Below, in pieces: positions 45,736-55,502 of a stretch of DNA of 64,000 nt. The first letter of the stretch is position 1; each line of letters begins with the position of its first letter. This stretch comes from a virus (Duplodnaviria; Caudoviricetes), in the IMG/VR virus record IMGVR_UViG_3300008954_000001. One strand, given 5' to 3'. A program made the translations under genes and the position numbers. A model generated the notes under the pieces. The model was not told the DNA's origin. It worked only from the letters and a program-made list of their open reading frames with translations, and made no database searches.

Positions 45736-46314
45736 TTAGGCATCCGCACCAGCGAATGTGAGTTGAACCGTCGCCCGTTGAATGGCGGCGGCGGAAACAA
45801 GAGTGATAGTAAGAACTTCGTCGGCGGCTACATCAGCGGCTTCGTCGGCCAGCGTCAAGTCTGACAGGCCGTCGAGGGCTGCGACATCGGCGGCCACATT
45901 TCCATCCAACACTCCACCAGCCGAGGCACCTTCGACGTTGATGGTTGCGGGATCGTTAAGTGCGCCAGAAGAGATGATTTTCACGCTTACGATTTTGCCG
46001 AGAGCGGCGGCTACTTGAGCCGTTCCGTGGGCTACGACAACTGCGATAGTCTCGCCAGCCGAATCGCCTCGCAAGAACTCTGCCGTAAGCGTACCTGCGT
46101 CAATCATTCCTCGAAGGCATCCGCTTTCAAAGCTGCGAGCAACATCGCCTGAATAAGCAACATCCACTGAACCGCCACCCGGAACATAAAGAGCACCGGA
46201 TCGAGTCAACCCGTGTTGGGGACCGTCCGTTGCATCGTAACAATCGTCAAGCAAAACGGAGGGAGTGGTACTCGCCGCTGCGTTGCTGACTCTGATAAAT
46301 AATCCTTCAGCCAT
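45736..46314 (-). CDS. Acidic Ala/Gly-rich probable virion protein, paralog A
   Basis: Starts MAEGLFIRV; class B element upstream. Confidence 0.65.
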   Translation of the reverse strand: MAEGLFIRVSNAAASTTPSVLLDDCYDATDGPQHGLTRSGALYVPGGGSVDVAYSGDVARSFESGCLRGMIDAGTLTAEFLRGDSAGETIAVVVAHGTAQVAAALGKIVSVKIISSGALNDPATINVEGASAGGVLDGNVAADVAALDGLSDLTLADEAADVAADEVLTITLVSAAAIQRATVQLTFAGADA

Positions 46315-46390
46315 TTTTCCTATCTCCTAATCGAGAGGTTCAGTTTCAATTTACCCCCGACAGGAGGTGCCTCATTCTACTTGTGGGGAC

Positions 46391-46405
46391 TATAAAGGCT
46401 CTAAC
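46391..46405 (-). promoter_or_regulatory. Class B element GTT-AGAGC-CTTTATA
   Basis: Intergenic consensus match upstream of 46314. Confidence 0.5.
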
Positions 46406-46466
46406 GGGAGCAAAGGACATAAATCCCCTCCAATCTTCCACCCTTCTACAAATATAGAGGGGGTAT

Positions 46467-47492
46467 CTAAACGAAAACGCCATTGAATTGCTGAGTGCAT
46501 CGCACGAAAGTCGTGCATTTGCTCAACTGTTTGAGCGTGGGGGCACCTACATAGGTACAGGTAGAACGGACTCCGCCGAGAATGTTTTTTATAGTGTCAT
46601 CTACGGACCCTCGAAAAGGAACCTCAACGAGCCGCCCCTCTGAGGATCGGTAGTCAGCTATCCCTCCATGGTGTTTGTCCATGGCGGCATCTGAACTCAT
46701 ACCGTAGAACTGAACATTGGATTCACCGTTCTTCTCAACCACGGTGCCGCCCCCTTCTGTGTGGCCAGCAAACATGCCACCGAGCATGACGAAATCAGCC
46801 CCCGCAGCGAAGGCTTTGGCTACATCTCCTGGGCAGGTACACCCGCCATCGGCAATAACGTGGCCCCCAAGCCCGTGAGCGGCATCCGCACACTCGATCA
46901 CGGCACTAAGCTGTGGATACCCCACCCCCGTCTGAATACGGGTTGTACAGACCGATCCTGGGCCAATACCGACCTTTACGATGTCGGCCCCGCTCATAAT
47001 CAGTTCTTGGGTCATGTCGGCTGTTACGACATTTCCAGCAATAATAGTGACATGGGGACATTTCTCTCGAACCTGTCGCACGAAATCAACGAAATGTTCG
47101 GAATACCCGTTCGCAATATCGATACAGACAAACCGAAGGCATTGTCGGGTAAGGAGCTTTTCAGTCTTTTCCCAGTCAGCCCTTCCTGTTCCTGTACTGA
47201 TGGCGATCCTGTCGGGATCAACCATCTCCGCATAAAGATCCCAATCCCGATGACCGTAATGCTTCGCTATACAGGTGAACAGGCCCCGTTCCGCTAAGGC
47301 GTGGTGCATGTTGAATGTACCCACCCCATCCATATTGGCGGCCATGATCGGGATACCGCTCCATGATTTCTGGCTGTGCTTAAATGTGTAGGTCCGAAAT
47401 AGATCCACCTCTTTTCGAGAGCGAAGAGTGCTCCGCTTAGGGCGGATCAGGACATCTTTGTAGTCGAGCTTGAGGTCGCTTTCGATTCGCAT
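46467..47492 (-). CDS. guaC: GMP reductase
   Basis: [81 protein letters not shown]; likely ATG at 47492. Confidence 0.95.
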   Translation of the reverse strand: MRIESDLKLDYKDVLIRPKRSTLRSRKEVDLFRTYTFKHSQKSWSGIPIMAANMDGVGTFNMHHALAERGLFTCIAKHYGHRDWDLYAEMVDPDRIAISTGTGRADWEKTEKLLTRQCLRFVCIDIANGYSEHFVDFVRQVREKCPHVTIIAGNVVTADMTQELIMSGADIVKVGIGPGSVCTTRIQTGVGYPQLSAVIECADAAHGLGGHVIADGGCTCPGDVAKAFAAGADFVMLGGMFAGHTEGGGTVVEKNGESNVQFYGMSSDAAMDKHHGGIADYRSSEGRLVEVPFRGSVDDTIKNILGGVRSTCTYVGAPTLKQLSKCTTFVRCTQQFNGVFV

Positions 47493-47530
47493 AGGCCATC
47501 TCTTGGCAAGGCTAATCAAACTCTACCCAC

Positions 47531-47561
47531 AAAAAAGCCACCCTCGGAAGGATGGCTTTTT
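47531..47561 (-). terminator. Rho-independent terminator (possibly bidirectional)
   Basis: Minus strand GCCATCCT-TCCG-AGGGTGGC followed by T6. Confidence 0.7.
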
Positions 47562-47584
47562 CAGGGTCGGGTATTTAGAGCAGA

Positions 47585-48211
47585 TTAAGCAGCCGCTTCG
47601 TCTGCTGTGGTGTCTTTCTTCTTCAAGACATGCTTGAACATCGATTCCCACAATGCGATTGCACTCGCACCTGACAGGAAGGCGGTGTACAGGGCTTCGC
47701 CCCAATGCACTGAGCCAAAAGCGAGGGAAGTTCCAAGAGAACTCACACAAGCCAAGCCCATCGTAACCCAAGGCACGGCGTTCTTAGGTAGAAATCCAAG
47801 AAGAGAGAAGGTCTTCGATCCAAAAGAGATGTTGAAGCGGCCAACCCATACGAAAAGCATGATGATCAAGCCAGCCAGAACGCCTTTGCCTTCTGCCGAA
47901 CCCTTATGCTTCCCGTCTTGGACATGGTTGAAAATCTGTTGAACCAGATTGAACCCTTCAGCGATCTCAAATTCACCCTCCTTAGGGGCATCTGCTGTTG
48001 GAGCCGTAGTTCCCTCAACGACCGCCTTGACGACTTCTTCGGTGGCTTCCTTCGCCTCCTTTGCGTCTGCCTCTTCACCAGAGGCTTTATCGGCATCATT
48101 GGCCACATCCGTAAGGGAGGGGCGTTCGCCGGGTACTGGCTCTTGTGCCATTGTGGGATTTGCGAAACATGCGAGAGCTACCACCAAGGCAGCGTGTTTT
48201 AGGAATTTCAT
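47585..48211 (-). CDS. Signal peptide + acidic linker + multi-TM membrane protein (holin-like C-half)
   Basis: N-terminal signal peptide; three to four hydrophobic helices. Confidence 0.55.
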   Translation of the reverse strand: MKFLKHAALVVALACFANPTMAQEPVPGERPSLTDVANDADKASGEEADAKEAKEATEEVVKAVVEGTTAPTADAPKEGEFEIAEGFNLVQQIFNHVQDGKHKGSAEGKGVLAGLIIMLFVWVGRFNISFGSKTFSLLGFLPKNAVPWVTMGLACVSSLGTSLAFGSVHWGEALYTAFLSGASAIALWESMFKHVLKKKDTTADEAAA

Positions 48212-48213
48212 CG

Positions 48214-48471
48214 TTAGTCTCCTTTTCGAGTCTTATTCGTTCCAATTGCCCAAGGTGTAGCATCCTCAGGGATTGCACCCGGTAATACTACCCTTCCCTC
48301 AAGGGCATAATCCTTTCCGCCCGCAATTTCATCTAACCGCTTTTTTACGGCGGCTCGTTGCTGTTCGGAAAGAGCAGGGTTCAATAAGGCTCGCCTCAAT
48401 GACTTGCGCCACCTTTCTACGTGGGGAGACTTCTTTTTTGGGGAGATTTCTTTTGAGCTAATTCGGTGCAT
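48214..48471 (-). CDS. Small basic hypothetical protein
   Basis: Coupled to 48471; GAGG RBS. Confidence 0.55.
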   Translation of the reverse strand: MHRISSKEISPKKKSPHVERWRKSLRRALLNPALSEQQRAAVKKRLDEIAGGKDYALEGRVVLPGAIPEDATPWAIGTNKTRKGD

Positions 48472-51400
48472 TATTCGTCCTCTCCCGGATAAGCGAGTGG
48501 GGGCATATGCGGGTCAGGTAGATCCCGTCTACGAGCTTTGTGCATCGGACGACCGTCAATACGGTATCGATCTGCTGCCGCATACCCTTCACCGAACCCT
48601 GTGGGGGAAATCTCCCCGCTCAAAGTAATTCCCTCTTGTAAGGTCTTGCCGTTACTGAGGACTCCATAAGTAACAATGAGGAGTTGGATCTCATCTCCGT
48701 CAGAACGCTTTTTCCCCACATGGGCGTTGGAAAAGGCATGTTCGTAGAAGTTCCTGACCAATATGGCCTTACATGCGAGGGCACCGCCCTTCATCATGGG
48801 ATCAAGAGATTTTGGCATCGAATCAGCTACCCAATCGATTGGGCCTCCTGGCTGATCCCCCGATAAGTTGAATACCGCCCCGCCGCCTCGATGGAGACGG
48901 AACTTCTTAACACCCGTATCCTCTGTGAAACCTTGGTAAGGGGCGTATTTGTTGATTGCCCCATCACTCATTGCGATTAACTCACCCGGCGCACCGAAAA
49001 ATCGTGTGTACTCTTGTCCGTTTGCTGCCAAAGGCAAAACATTCTGAACAGGGCGGATCGCTGATGTGCTGGTACGGAAAGCCGTAGCATTGTCTCCCAG
49101 CGGGTTTTCGCAAATGAAATCGGAGTCTTGAAGTAGGATTCCCAACGGCAATCGCTCGGTCATACCCGTCAGTCGAAGTTGGCTTTCTCCCAACCCTGCA
49201 TTGACAGGAATATCCATACCGCCAGCGAAGTTCGCCGCCGTAATGTGCTTAGGGTACTGCGTATTGTCGGTCGGAACTCGAATCGAAATGATTTGGTGCG
49301 CCATCGGAGAGTCTACATCGTGTACCCAATCAGGCCCAAACCCAACCTCAACACGCATTTGATTACCGATAGCTCCCGACTGTAGGGCTTCCAAAGTAAG
49401 GACATGCGAACCGTCCCAAGAACGGTTCCTTCCTCGACCACTGGTATCTAATGCCGATTGAAGTTCGGGATGGTGGCTAATCAGCATCCAAATGCTTTCC
49501 AAGGTGTTGTTCCAATTCTGGAACTCCGTACCCGTAGAATGCACTTTGAATTCGTTTGGACCCCATGGGCCAGCTTCCCAGTCAGCCTTTCCTGTAAAGG
49601 TAACTCGGCCCCCGTCCAAACGAGTAATCGTAATTTGGAAATCATGGAGAGCGGCCAACTGTTCAGGACTAATCCCAAAACGAAGCTCCGCTTGCGCCCG
49701 TGAAGGGTTCGTAATCTGCCCTTCCGTGTAGGCCCGTGATTGTACGTGCCACCGCCGAAAATGAACCGTCGCTTGATCTTCCGTGGGAACACGGATTGAA
49801 GAACCCGATGTTGGCTCAACTACGCCCACATCAAGTGCGGTGCCAGGGTATAACTTCCCTGCGATCTTGCCCGTTCCCATTGTCGTATAGAAATCCAAGC
49901 TGGCAAGGACTTCAAACCCACGAGGGTTCGGACGCTGAACCAGCAGGTTTCCATCTTCATCGAACTGTTTGATCGATTTAGATAGTTGATGGGTCTTTAG
50001 GAGACTTAGGCTTCCATACCGCTGTTGGTAATCATGCCTGTCAATAGAGTCTCCCGAATGGGTCATAAAAGGATCACCTTGATAGGGTGTCCGTGAGTAT
50101 GCGTTGTAGCCCGCATCGTTCTTGTTGGGGGCCGCTGGAACAACCATTTCCACATCAGCAAACTCGGCCTCTCCGAGAGACGCAAGGTCTTGGGGAACGC
50201 CTGAGTGTTTACGAGCAAGCACATAGTTATTCTTGTTGATAAACCCACGAGCAAAGCCGAACACCACACATTCAACAACATAGTCGAAATCATCAAAAGA
50301 ATGGCCGTCCCAATTCTCTGACAAGGTATGGTCAATGGCCTCACTTGGAATAATGTAGGTGTGGTCGTCTTCGTTGCCTGTGATACTCCCACCGTAAGTA
50401 CAAGTTGTCTCATCGTACTCGTACCCACCACCCTGTCGGATAAAGAGAGTCTGCTTGTCGGCATCTGTCTTTAGCAGGTTGGTTGGGGGGTTCTTAATCG
50501 GATTGATCCGAGCCAAATCCCCCGTAGCGTCAAACCCACCAGGAACATCGTCCTGTTGGTGCGCCTCGAATTCTTGTCGTTCGTAAACACCATACAAGCG
50601 AGCGATCCCGTAGTTCGGAGGAAGTTCAATACCTCGCATCCCGTAGCCGAGATCCGAAGAAATCACTTCGGGGAGGTAAACTTTCCTCGCCCCAATCGTC
50701 GGAGAAGCCGTCTGAGCGATCTGATTGCGAACACCATAAATGGTGTCTGTCTGAAACAATATCGGGGTTACTTGCTCATCTGTTGTAGAACCCTCGTTGT
50801 CCTCTCCGCCGATAATTGCGAATACATCTTCCGTCTCATTGGTGGAGTCCACGAAGAGATGGTTGATCCCAGACATGAAGGGGTCGTTGTCACCCACTCG
50901 CACATGGTACGGAATGTCCTGCCGCCCAAACTTCGGCATAACCTCTGGCGGAAGGGCAAAGCCCAACACCATGTTGGAGGTCCAAATATGTGCGGGATCT
51001 CGCAAGCTGTCTTTTGACAGCCCATGTGAATAAGTCTTTTCACCAATCAAAGAAGGGTCGGCTTCAGTTTCGTGTGTCCGAAGCGTCATTGTACGCCGTT
51101 GGAAAGGCCGCCAAATAACTGTCTTTGATCCGTGATCTACGAAAAGCTCGCACTCACGGTCCTGCTCAGACCGAAGAACAACTCGGCCACCATAATGAGG
51201 GGCCTCTGGAGCATTCCAACCCAAAGCAGGCAAATGGTTCCAAAGCTGAACGTGTGTCGGGCGATAATGCCGTTCTGTTTCAGGGAAAGAGGTGGCTCCG
51301 TTCCACTCAACATCAATTTCATTGATGTCGTTCCGAAGATAACTGGTCCCACCGTCCACAACCGCTACCCGCTCAATCTGATCGGGAACCCGTGTTGAAC

Positions 51401-54179
51401 CGCCCCTGGAAGGGCTGTACATAACGGAGCTTGTTAGGATTATGTTGGACTGAACAGGCTGTACTGGGGCGTTGGAGGAGCCAACATTGTCTACATGCCA
51501 CGGTAAGTCTTGCCCAATCCTGCCCTCAATATCATTCAACACAACACAAGCGGCTGAAACATTGTCGGAGCCTGAACCATCTTCTACGTGTGTGAACTGA
51601 GTTCGGATTTCAGCGGAAACCTTAAATTCGGCATTGTCCTCAATCCAATGGAACCCCGGCCCGTCGATGCTCCAGTCCCAGTCAGCACTCAAAGGAACCA
51701 CCGCAACGGAAGTGCTGTTTGCACAATCGTAATCTGTATAGCCAGTGTCTTTCCCCGCACCAATAATCTTGAAGGCCCCGTTATTCTGAGAGCCGCCATT
51801 ACTAACGTCTCCCCAAAGGACCAAATAAAGCTCACTGCTTTGTCCCGTGGAGTCTTGTCCATCGGCGGTCAAGAGACCGTAAAGGGTGTGTTCTCCCCGT
51901 AGTAGTGGCTGACCCACCTTATGAGGGTCATTCTCAATGGCCCCTTCATCGTCTAATGAGTGAAACAAGCCCGCATCATCAAAATCGATCCCAAGGTCCA
52001 CTTGGTAGAATTGACGCTCTGAACCGTCGTCTGCGGGATTCCTGAAAACAAGGGATGAGACAAGGCCCTCGGCAGAAGCCCCCGGCCAAGCAACGCCACC
52101 AAGAACAATAAAGGGGGTTTCAAACTTATGGTTACGCCATGGGAAAAACGGTCCTGGATGAGAATCCAGAATGGTTTGGCCCGTTTCGGTCTCAACCGTG
52201 GTCAATTCTCCGGGAGCGGCGGGTAGATGGATAGATTCGTCTTGGAAACGGATTGTCCATGGATATTGGTTTCCGTTCATAGGGTCTACTTGTGGATACC
52301 CCGCCTTCCAAAACTCCCGTGGCGATACAAACCTAACGCCTCGAACTTTTCCATTTCGGAAAGTTTGTCGGACTCCGCTACTGCCGTCCTGTCCTCCAAG
52401 GTGGAGGAAAATGACGCTTCCGTTGTTCCATCCAAGCGTCCCTTCACCATGCGCTTGCTTATTCATAAAGCCGGTGGGTCGAAGTTTTGCCTCAATCTCC
52501 CAGTTCAAACCTTCATCAAAAGTTGTGGAGGTGAACTGGTCTCCGTTTGTGCCGCCAAGAGTCGGCTCGAAGTCCAAGATAGCTGTCAGATTAGATTGGA
52601 TGACAGCGGCATCTGACCAAGTGGTTCTGACCCCATCGGGACCGTCAATGATTTCTACGTGGTCAGGGAAGTTCTCGCCCACGGGTGGGTCAAGGGCCGT
52701 CATATAATCCACATGATGGATCGTAGGGCCTTGGCACTCGTTTTCGGCGGCTCCCGCTTTCCAAGTTGTCCGTAGATCCCCACGGGCGAGGGCTGCGACA
52801 TTGTGGATAAGTAGCCGTTCGTAGTCCCAATCCCCGAAATTGATCCCACGGCGGAGATCTAAAACATCTCGTTCGGTGACTTGATCCGCATACAAACCAT
52901 CGGGCCGTACCCCATGTAGTTTGATCTTGGTCCCAGCGGGCCATCTGCGGGCCATGGTTCCACCACGCCCTCGGCTCGTAATCGTGAGCTTACTATTGCT
53001 GGTATCTGCGTTCGTGTATTGGACGAATTCTCTGTCGTTCCCTTCTCCAAACACCAAGAAGCGAGATTGTGGGTCATCCGATCCCGCTATAAAGAATAGG
53101 TAAGGGTCATCTAAACCACTACCAAGCAAATCCTCCACATCGATTTCGGCAGGGATCTCGGTCCCATCTTCATCAACCGCCCCAATATCAGGCGTGATTT
53201 CTGCGTGTAGGGTGCATTGAGTTAGAGGTACAGACCCATCTGGCGGGTTGGGTAAATAAGCCGCACCAGGAGTTCGTTCGGGCGCACCATTTTGGTTCGG
53301 CTCCGACTCATCGGGCATGATCGCTTTGTAGGGGTTTCCGTTTCGCCTGAACACGGCGCAAATCGGAATAGCGTAAACATACCCATCAATGGCCCCCAAA
53401 CCGTTATCGGGGTCGCCATCGCCCGCCCGCCATAAAGAGGGGTCGCCCATTTCCATTCGCATGTTCGAGAAATGGTGAGCCGCAGGGCTGTCTACTGGAG
53501 CATCGGCGGCACCTTGCGCCAAAATGTTCGGATCTTCAAACCCATCTGGATAAGCATCTAAAGCCGTGCCAGAGCCGTGTCCGTGTCCGTGTCCGTGAAC
53601 TCTAATGCGATATTGAAGCTGAACTCGTTCGGTGGTCTCAATGCCGATTGAGGGGTCTTGTAGGTCATCCTCAATGTTCACGCCTTGATGTTGGGTGTTA
53701 CCCCACTTATAGATTTCAGCCGCATTTGGCTTATTTTCTTCGGAAGGGTTCGGGGCTACGAGGCACCGCCACACCTCCAAAAAGACAAAATCAATGCGGG
53801 AATCGGTATTTGGGGGCGGCCAAAGTCGAATAATATTCTCTAAGGACTCGGAATCTACTCCAGCAACAGGGATAACCATCCCATCTACAACCGCATACAT
53901 ATGCGGTGCGCTCTCATCCGCTACTGTCTGACCGAAATGAAAGTGGTTTGCCCACAGGGGGTTAAACTTGTAGTCATCTGCGGATCTGGTTGGGTCAAGA
54001 AAGAATCCCGAATGAGCTTGGGATCGCACGGTCTGGCGTAGGGCCTCGAACTCCACTTGGCTCATGAGGTTTAACTCACTGTCCAGCGGAGGCTTACCCG
54101 ACTGCCAGACAACGGCGGAAAACTGTCGGGCCAGTGCCGACAGGGTGCGTGTTACGCCATTTCCGAAGTCTTCAGCCAT
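48471..54179 (-). CDS. Very large (1902 aa) virion structural protein, baseplate/tail-associated
   Basis: N-terminal RQFSAVVWQSGKPPLDSELN and FVFLEVWR...DDL.DP.IG.ETTERVQLQYRIRV resemble baseplate/tail N-terminal domains; class B element upstream. Confidence 0.6.
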   Translation of the reverse strand: MAEDFGNGVTRTLSALARQFSAVVWQSGKPPLDSELNLMSQVEFEALRQTVRSQAHSGFFLDPTRSADDYKFNPLWANHFHFGQTVADESAPHMYAVVDGMVIPVAGVDSESLENIIRLWPPPNTDSRIDFVFLEVWRCLVAPNPSEENKPNAAEIYKWGNTQHQGVNIEDDLQDPSIGIETTERVQLQYRIRVHGHGHGHGSGTALDAYPDGFEDPNILAQGAADAPVDSPAAHHFSNMRMEMGDPSLWRAGDGDPDNGLGAIDGYVYAIPICAVFRRNGNPYKAIMPDESEPNQNGAPERTPGAAYLPNPPDGSVPLTQCTLHAEITPDIGAVDEDGTEIPAEIDVEDLLGSGLDDPYLFFIAGSDDPQSRFLVFGEGNDREFVQYTNADTSNSKLTITSRGRGGTMARRWPAGTKIKLHGVRPDGLYADQVTERDVLDLRRGINFGDWDYERLLIHNVAALARGDLRTTWKAGAAENECQGPTIHHVDYMTALDPPVGENFPDHVEIIDGPDGVRTTWSDAAVIQSNLTAILDFEPTLGGTNGDQFTSTTFDEGLNWEIEAKLRPTGFMNKQAHGEGTLGWNNGSVIFLHLGGQDGSSGVRQTFRNGKVRGVRFVSPREFWKAGYPQVDPMNGNQYPWTIRFQDESIHLPAAPGELTTVETETGQTILDSHPGPFFPWRNHKFETPFIVLGGVAWPGASAEGLVSSLVFRNPADDGSERQFYQVDLGIDFDDAGLFHSLDDEGAIENDPHKVGQPLLRGEHTLYGLLTADGQDSTGQSSELYLVLWGDVSNGGSQNNGAFKIIGAGKDTGYTDYDCANSTSVAVVPLSADWDWSIDGPGFHWIEDNAEFKVSAEIRTQFTHVEDGSGSDNVSAACVVLNDIEGRIGQDLPWHVDNVGSSNAPVQPVQSNIILTSSVMYSPSRGGSTRVPDQIERVAVVDGGTSYLRNDINEIDVEWNGATSFPETERHYRPTHVQLWNHLPALGWNAPEAPHYGGRVVLRSEQDRECELFVDHGSKTVIWRPFQRRTMTLRTHETEADPSLIGEKTYSHGLSKDSLRDPAHIWTSNMVLGFALPPEVMPKFGRQDIPYHVRVGDNDPFMSGINHLFVDSTNETEDVFAIIGGEDNEGSTTDEQVTPILFQTDTIYGVRNQIAQTASPTIGARKVYLPEVISSDLGYGMRGIELPPNYGIARLYGVYERQEFEAHQQDDVPGGFDATGDLARINPIKNPPTNLLKTDADKQTLFIRQGGGYEYDETTCTYGGSITGNEDDHTYIIPSEAIDHTLSENWDGHSFDDFDYVVECVVFGFARGFINKNNYVLARKHSGVPQDLASLGEAEFADVEMVVPAAPNKNDAGYNAYSRTPYQGDPFMTHSGDSIDRHDYQQRYGSLSLLKTHQLSKSIKQFDEDGNLLVQRPNPRGFEVLASLDFYTTMGTGKIAGKLYPGTALDVGVVEPTSGSSIRVPTEDQATVHFRRWHVQSRAYTEGQITNPSRAQAELRFGISPEQLAALHDFQITITRLDGGRVTFTGKADWEAGPWGPNEFKVHSTGTEFQNWNNTLESIWMLISHHPELQSALDTSGRGRNRSWDGSHVLTLEALQSGAIGNQMRVEVGFGPDWVHDVDSPMAHQIISIRVPTDNTQYPKHITAANFAGGMDIPVNAGLGESQLRLTGMTERLPLGILLQDSDFICENPLGDNATAFRTSTSAIRPVQNVLPLAANGQEYTRFFGAPGELIAMSDGAINKYAPYQGFTEDTGVKKFRLHRGGGAVFNLSGDQPGGPIDWVADSMPKSLDPMMKGGALACKAILVRNFYEHAFSNAHVGKKRSDGDEIQLLIVTYGVLSNGKTLQEGITLSGEISPTGFGEGYAAADRYRIDGRPMHKARRRDLPDPHMPPLAYPGEDE

Positions 54180-54247
54180 GTTTTATATCCCCGTCATTCT
54201 CTGTTCATACTCTACACACATGACGTGTGTACCTACACGGGCGGGAG

Positions 54248-54262
54248 TATAAGGGGACAACC
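54248..54262 (-). promoter_or_regulatory. Class B element GGT-TGTCC-CCTTATA
   Basis: Intergenic consensus match upstream of 54179. Confidence 0.5.
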
Positions 54263-54287
54263 GATTACGGCCATTCAACGGACACCG

Positions 54288-55076
54288 TTAGAACATGATT
54301 GCCCAACCGAGAATTCTATACTTCTGATCCGTGCGGTTGAGAAAGGCAAGACGTAGTTTAGAGGCGGGTTCACAAAAAGCGATGGGTTCAAGCCGATGTA
54401 CTTTGAAATAAGCGGCCCCATCATTCACCGATAGAAGGACATCCAAGCCGTCAGGTTCTTGCTCAATAAAATTGAATACTCGCAAAGCTGGCTCATTCGT
54501 GCCTGCTTGGAAACCAAAATCCGTCATAATATCTTCTGTGGTGTCGATAGTAGTGATCAACCACCACACCATGAACTCATCGGCCCCACAATCATCGACA
54601 AAAGGAGCAATATCCAAGGTGTCTGTGATGAGGAGGCCCGGACGAGGAGGGTCTACGGTGTTGTTTTGTGGGAGTACGAGCGTTGATCCCGCCGCATTAC
54701 CCTCTTGTGGGCCAGGAACACGGCCAAGCTGCGCTCTGGACTTGTGGGCCAGCATAGGAGGGCCAACCTCGGTCAAGCCCGCCCCTAAGTCATAGTCTTC
54801 CACATCTTCGGGAAGGATATTGGGGCTGTAAACAATGTTCCCGTACATAGGGTATTGAGCCAACAAGCCTTCAAAGGCTTGAAACACAAGAGATTCGGGA
54901 GCATACGGGTTGGCTAAATCATCTGAGATGACCTTCGCCCCCGGCTCAATGTCGAGATCAGATCCTTCTGGCACGGGCAGAAGGTATCGCCCATTCACAA
55001 GCATCTGCTCACCAAGTTCGGGGGATTTCCCAACTTCGATTAGCTTATTGTCTGTGTAATTGACGATAACTTTCAT
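54288..55076 (-). CDS. Hypothetical acidic protein, probably virion-associated
   Basis: Long ORF between giant structural genes. Confidence 0.65.
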   Translation of the reverse strand: MKVIVNYTDNKLIEVGKSPELGEQMLVNGRYLLPVPEGSDLDIEPGAKVISDDLANPYAPESLVFQAFEGLLAQYPMYGNIVYSPNILPEDVEDYDLGAGLTEVGPPMLAHKSRAQLGRVPGPQEGNAAGSTLVLPQNNTVDPPRPGLLITDTLDIAPFVDDCGADEFMVWWLITTIDTTEDIMTDFGFQAGTNEPALRVFNFIEQEPDGLDVLLSVNDGAAYFKVHRLEPIAFCEPASKLRLAFLNRTDQKYRILGWAIMF

Positions 55077-55501
55077 TTTGACCCCCCCGTAGCGTATCGA
55101 TAGGCCACCTCTCTGGCGAAATTATCGACATTTTCTCGATACAGGGAAATGGCCCCATCTCGTTCTTGGGCAACGAGCTTTTCAATCGCCCTTGGGTCAT
55201 TACTAAAGGCTCGACCTCTTCCAGAGGTGGCGACTTTTGTATCTGCGGTCCATTTGATCTCGCCTTCGGGGTCTACAAAGCCGAGAACGGTGTAAGAAAT
55301 CGCCCCTTCTTCGTAAGGCTCCTGAAAGCTCACTGAACAAAATCCAGACCCAACTCGGATGTGGGGCTTGCTGCGGTATTTACGCCCAAAATGCTTACCC
55401 CAATACTCACACTCAATCTTGAGAGCATTAACCGGGGCGGCCAACTTCCAACGAGAGGCTACTTTCCGAGCTTGATGTCTTTTCAATATTTTCGGGATCA
55501 T
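55073..55501 (-). CDS. Basic hypothetical protein with KVASRW and EVAYRY tags (likely ATG 55501)
   Basis: GAGGAAGG RBS; ORF track extends to 55528. Confidence 0.6.
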   Translation of the reverse strand: MIPKILKRHQARKVASRWKLAAPVNALKIECEYWGKHFGRKYRSKPHIRVGSGFCSVSFQEPYEEGAISYTVLGFVDPEGEIKWTADTKVATSGRGRAFSNDPRAIEKLVAQERDGAISLYRENVDNFAREVAYRYATGGSK

Positions 55502-55502
55502 T

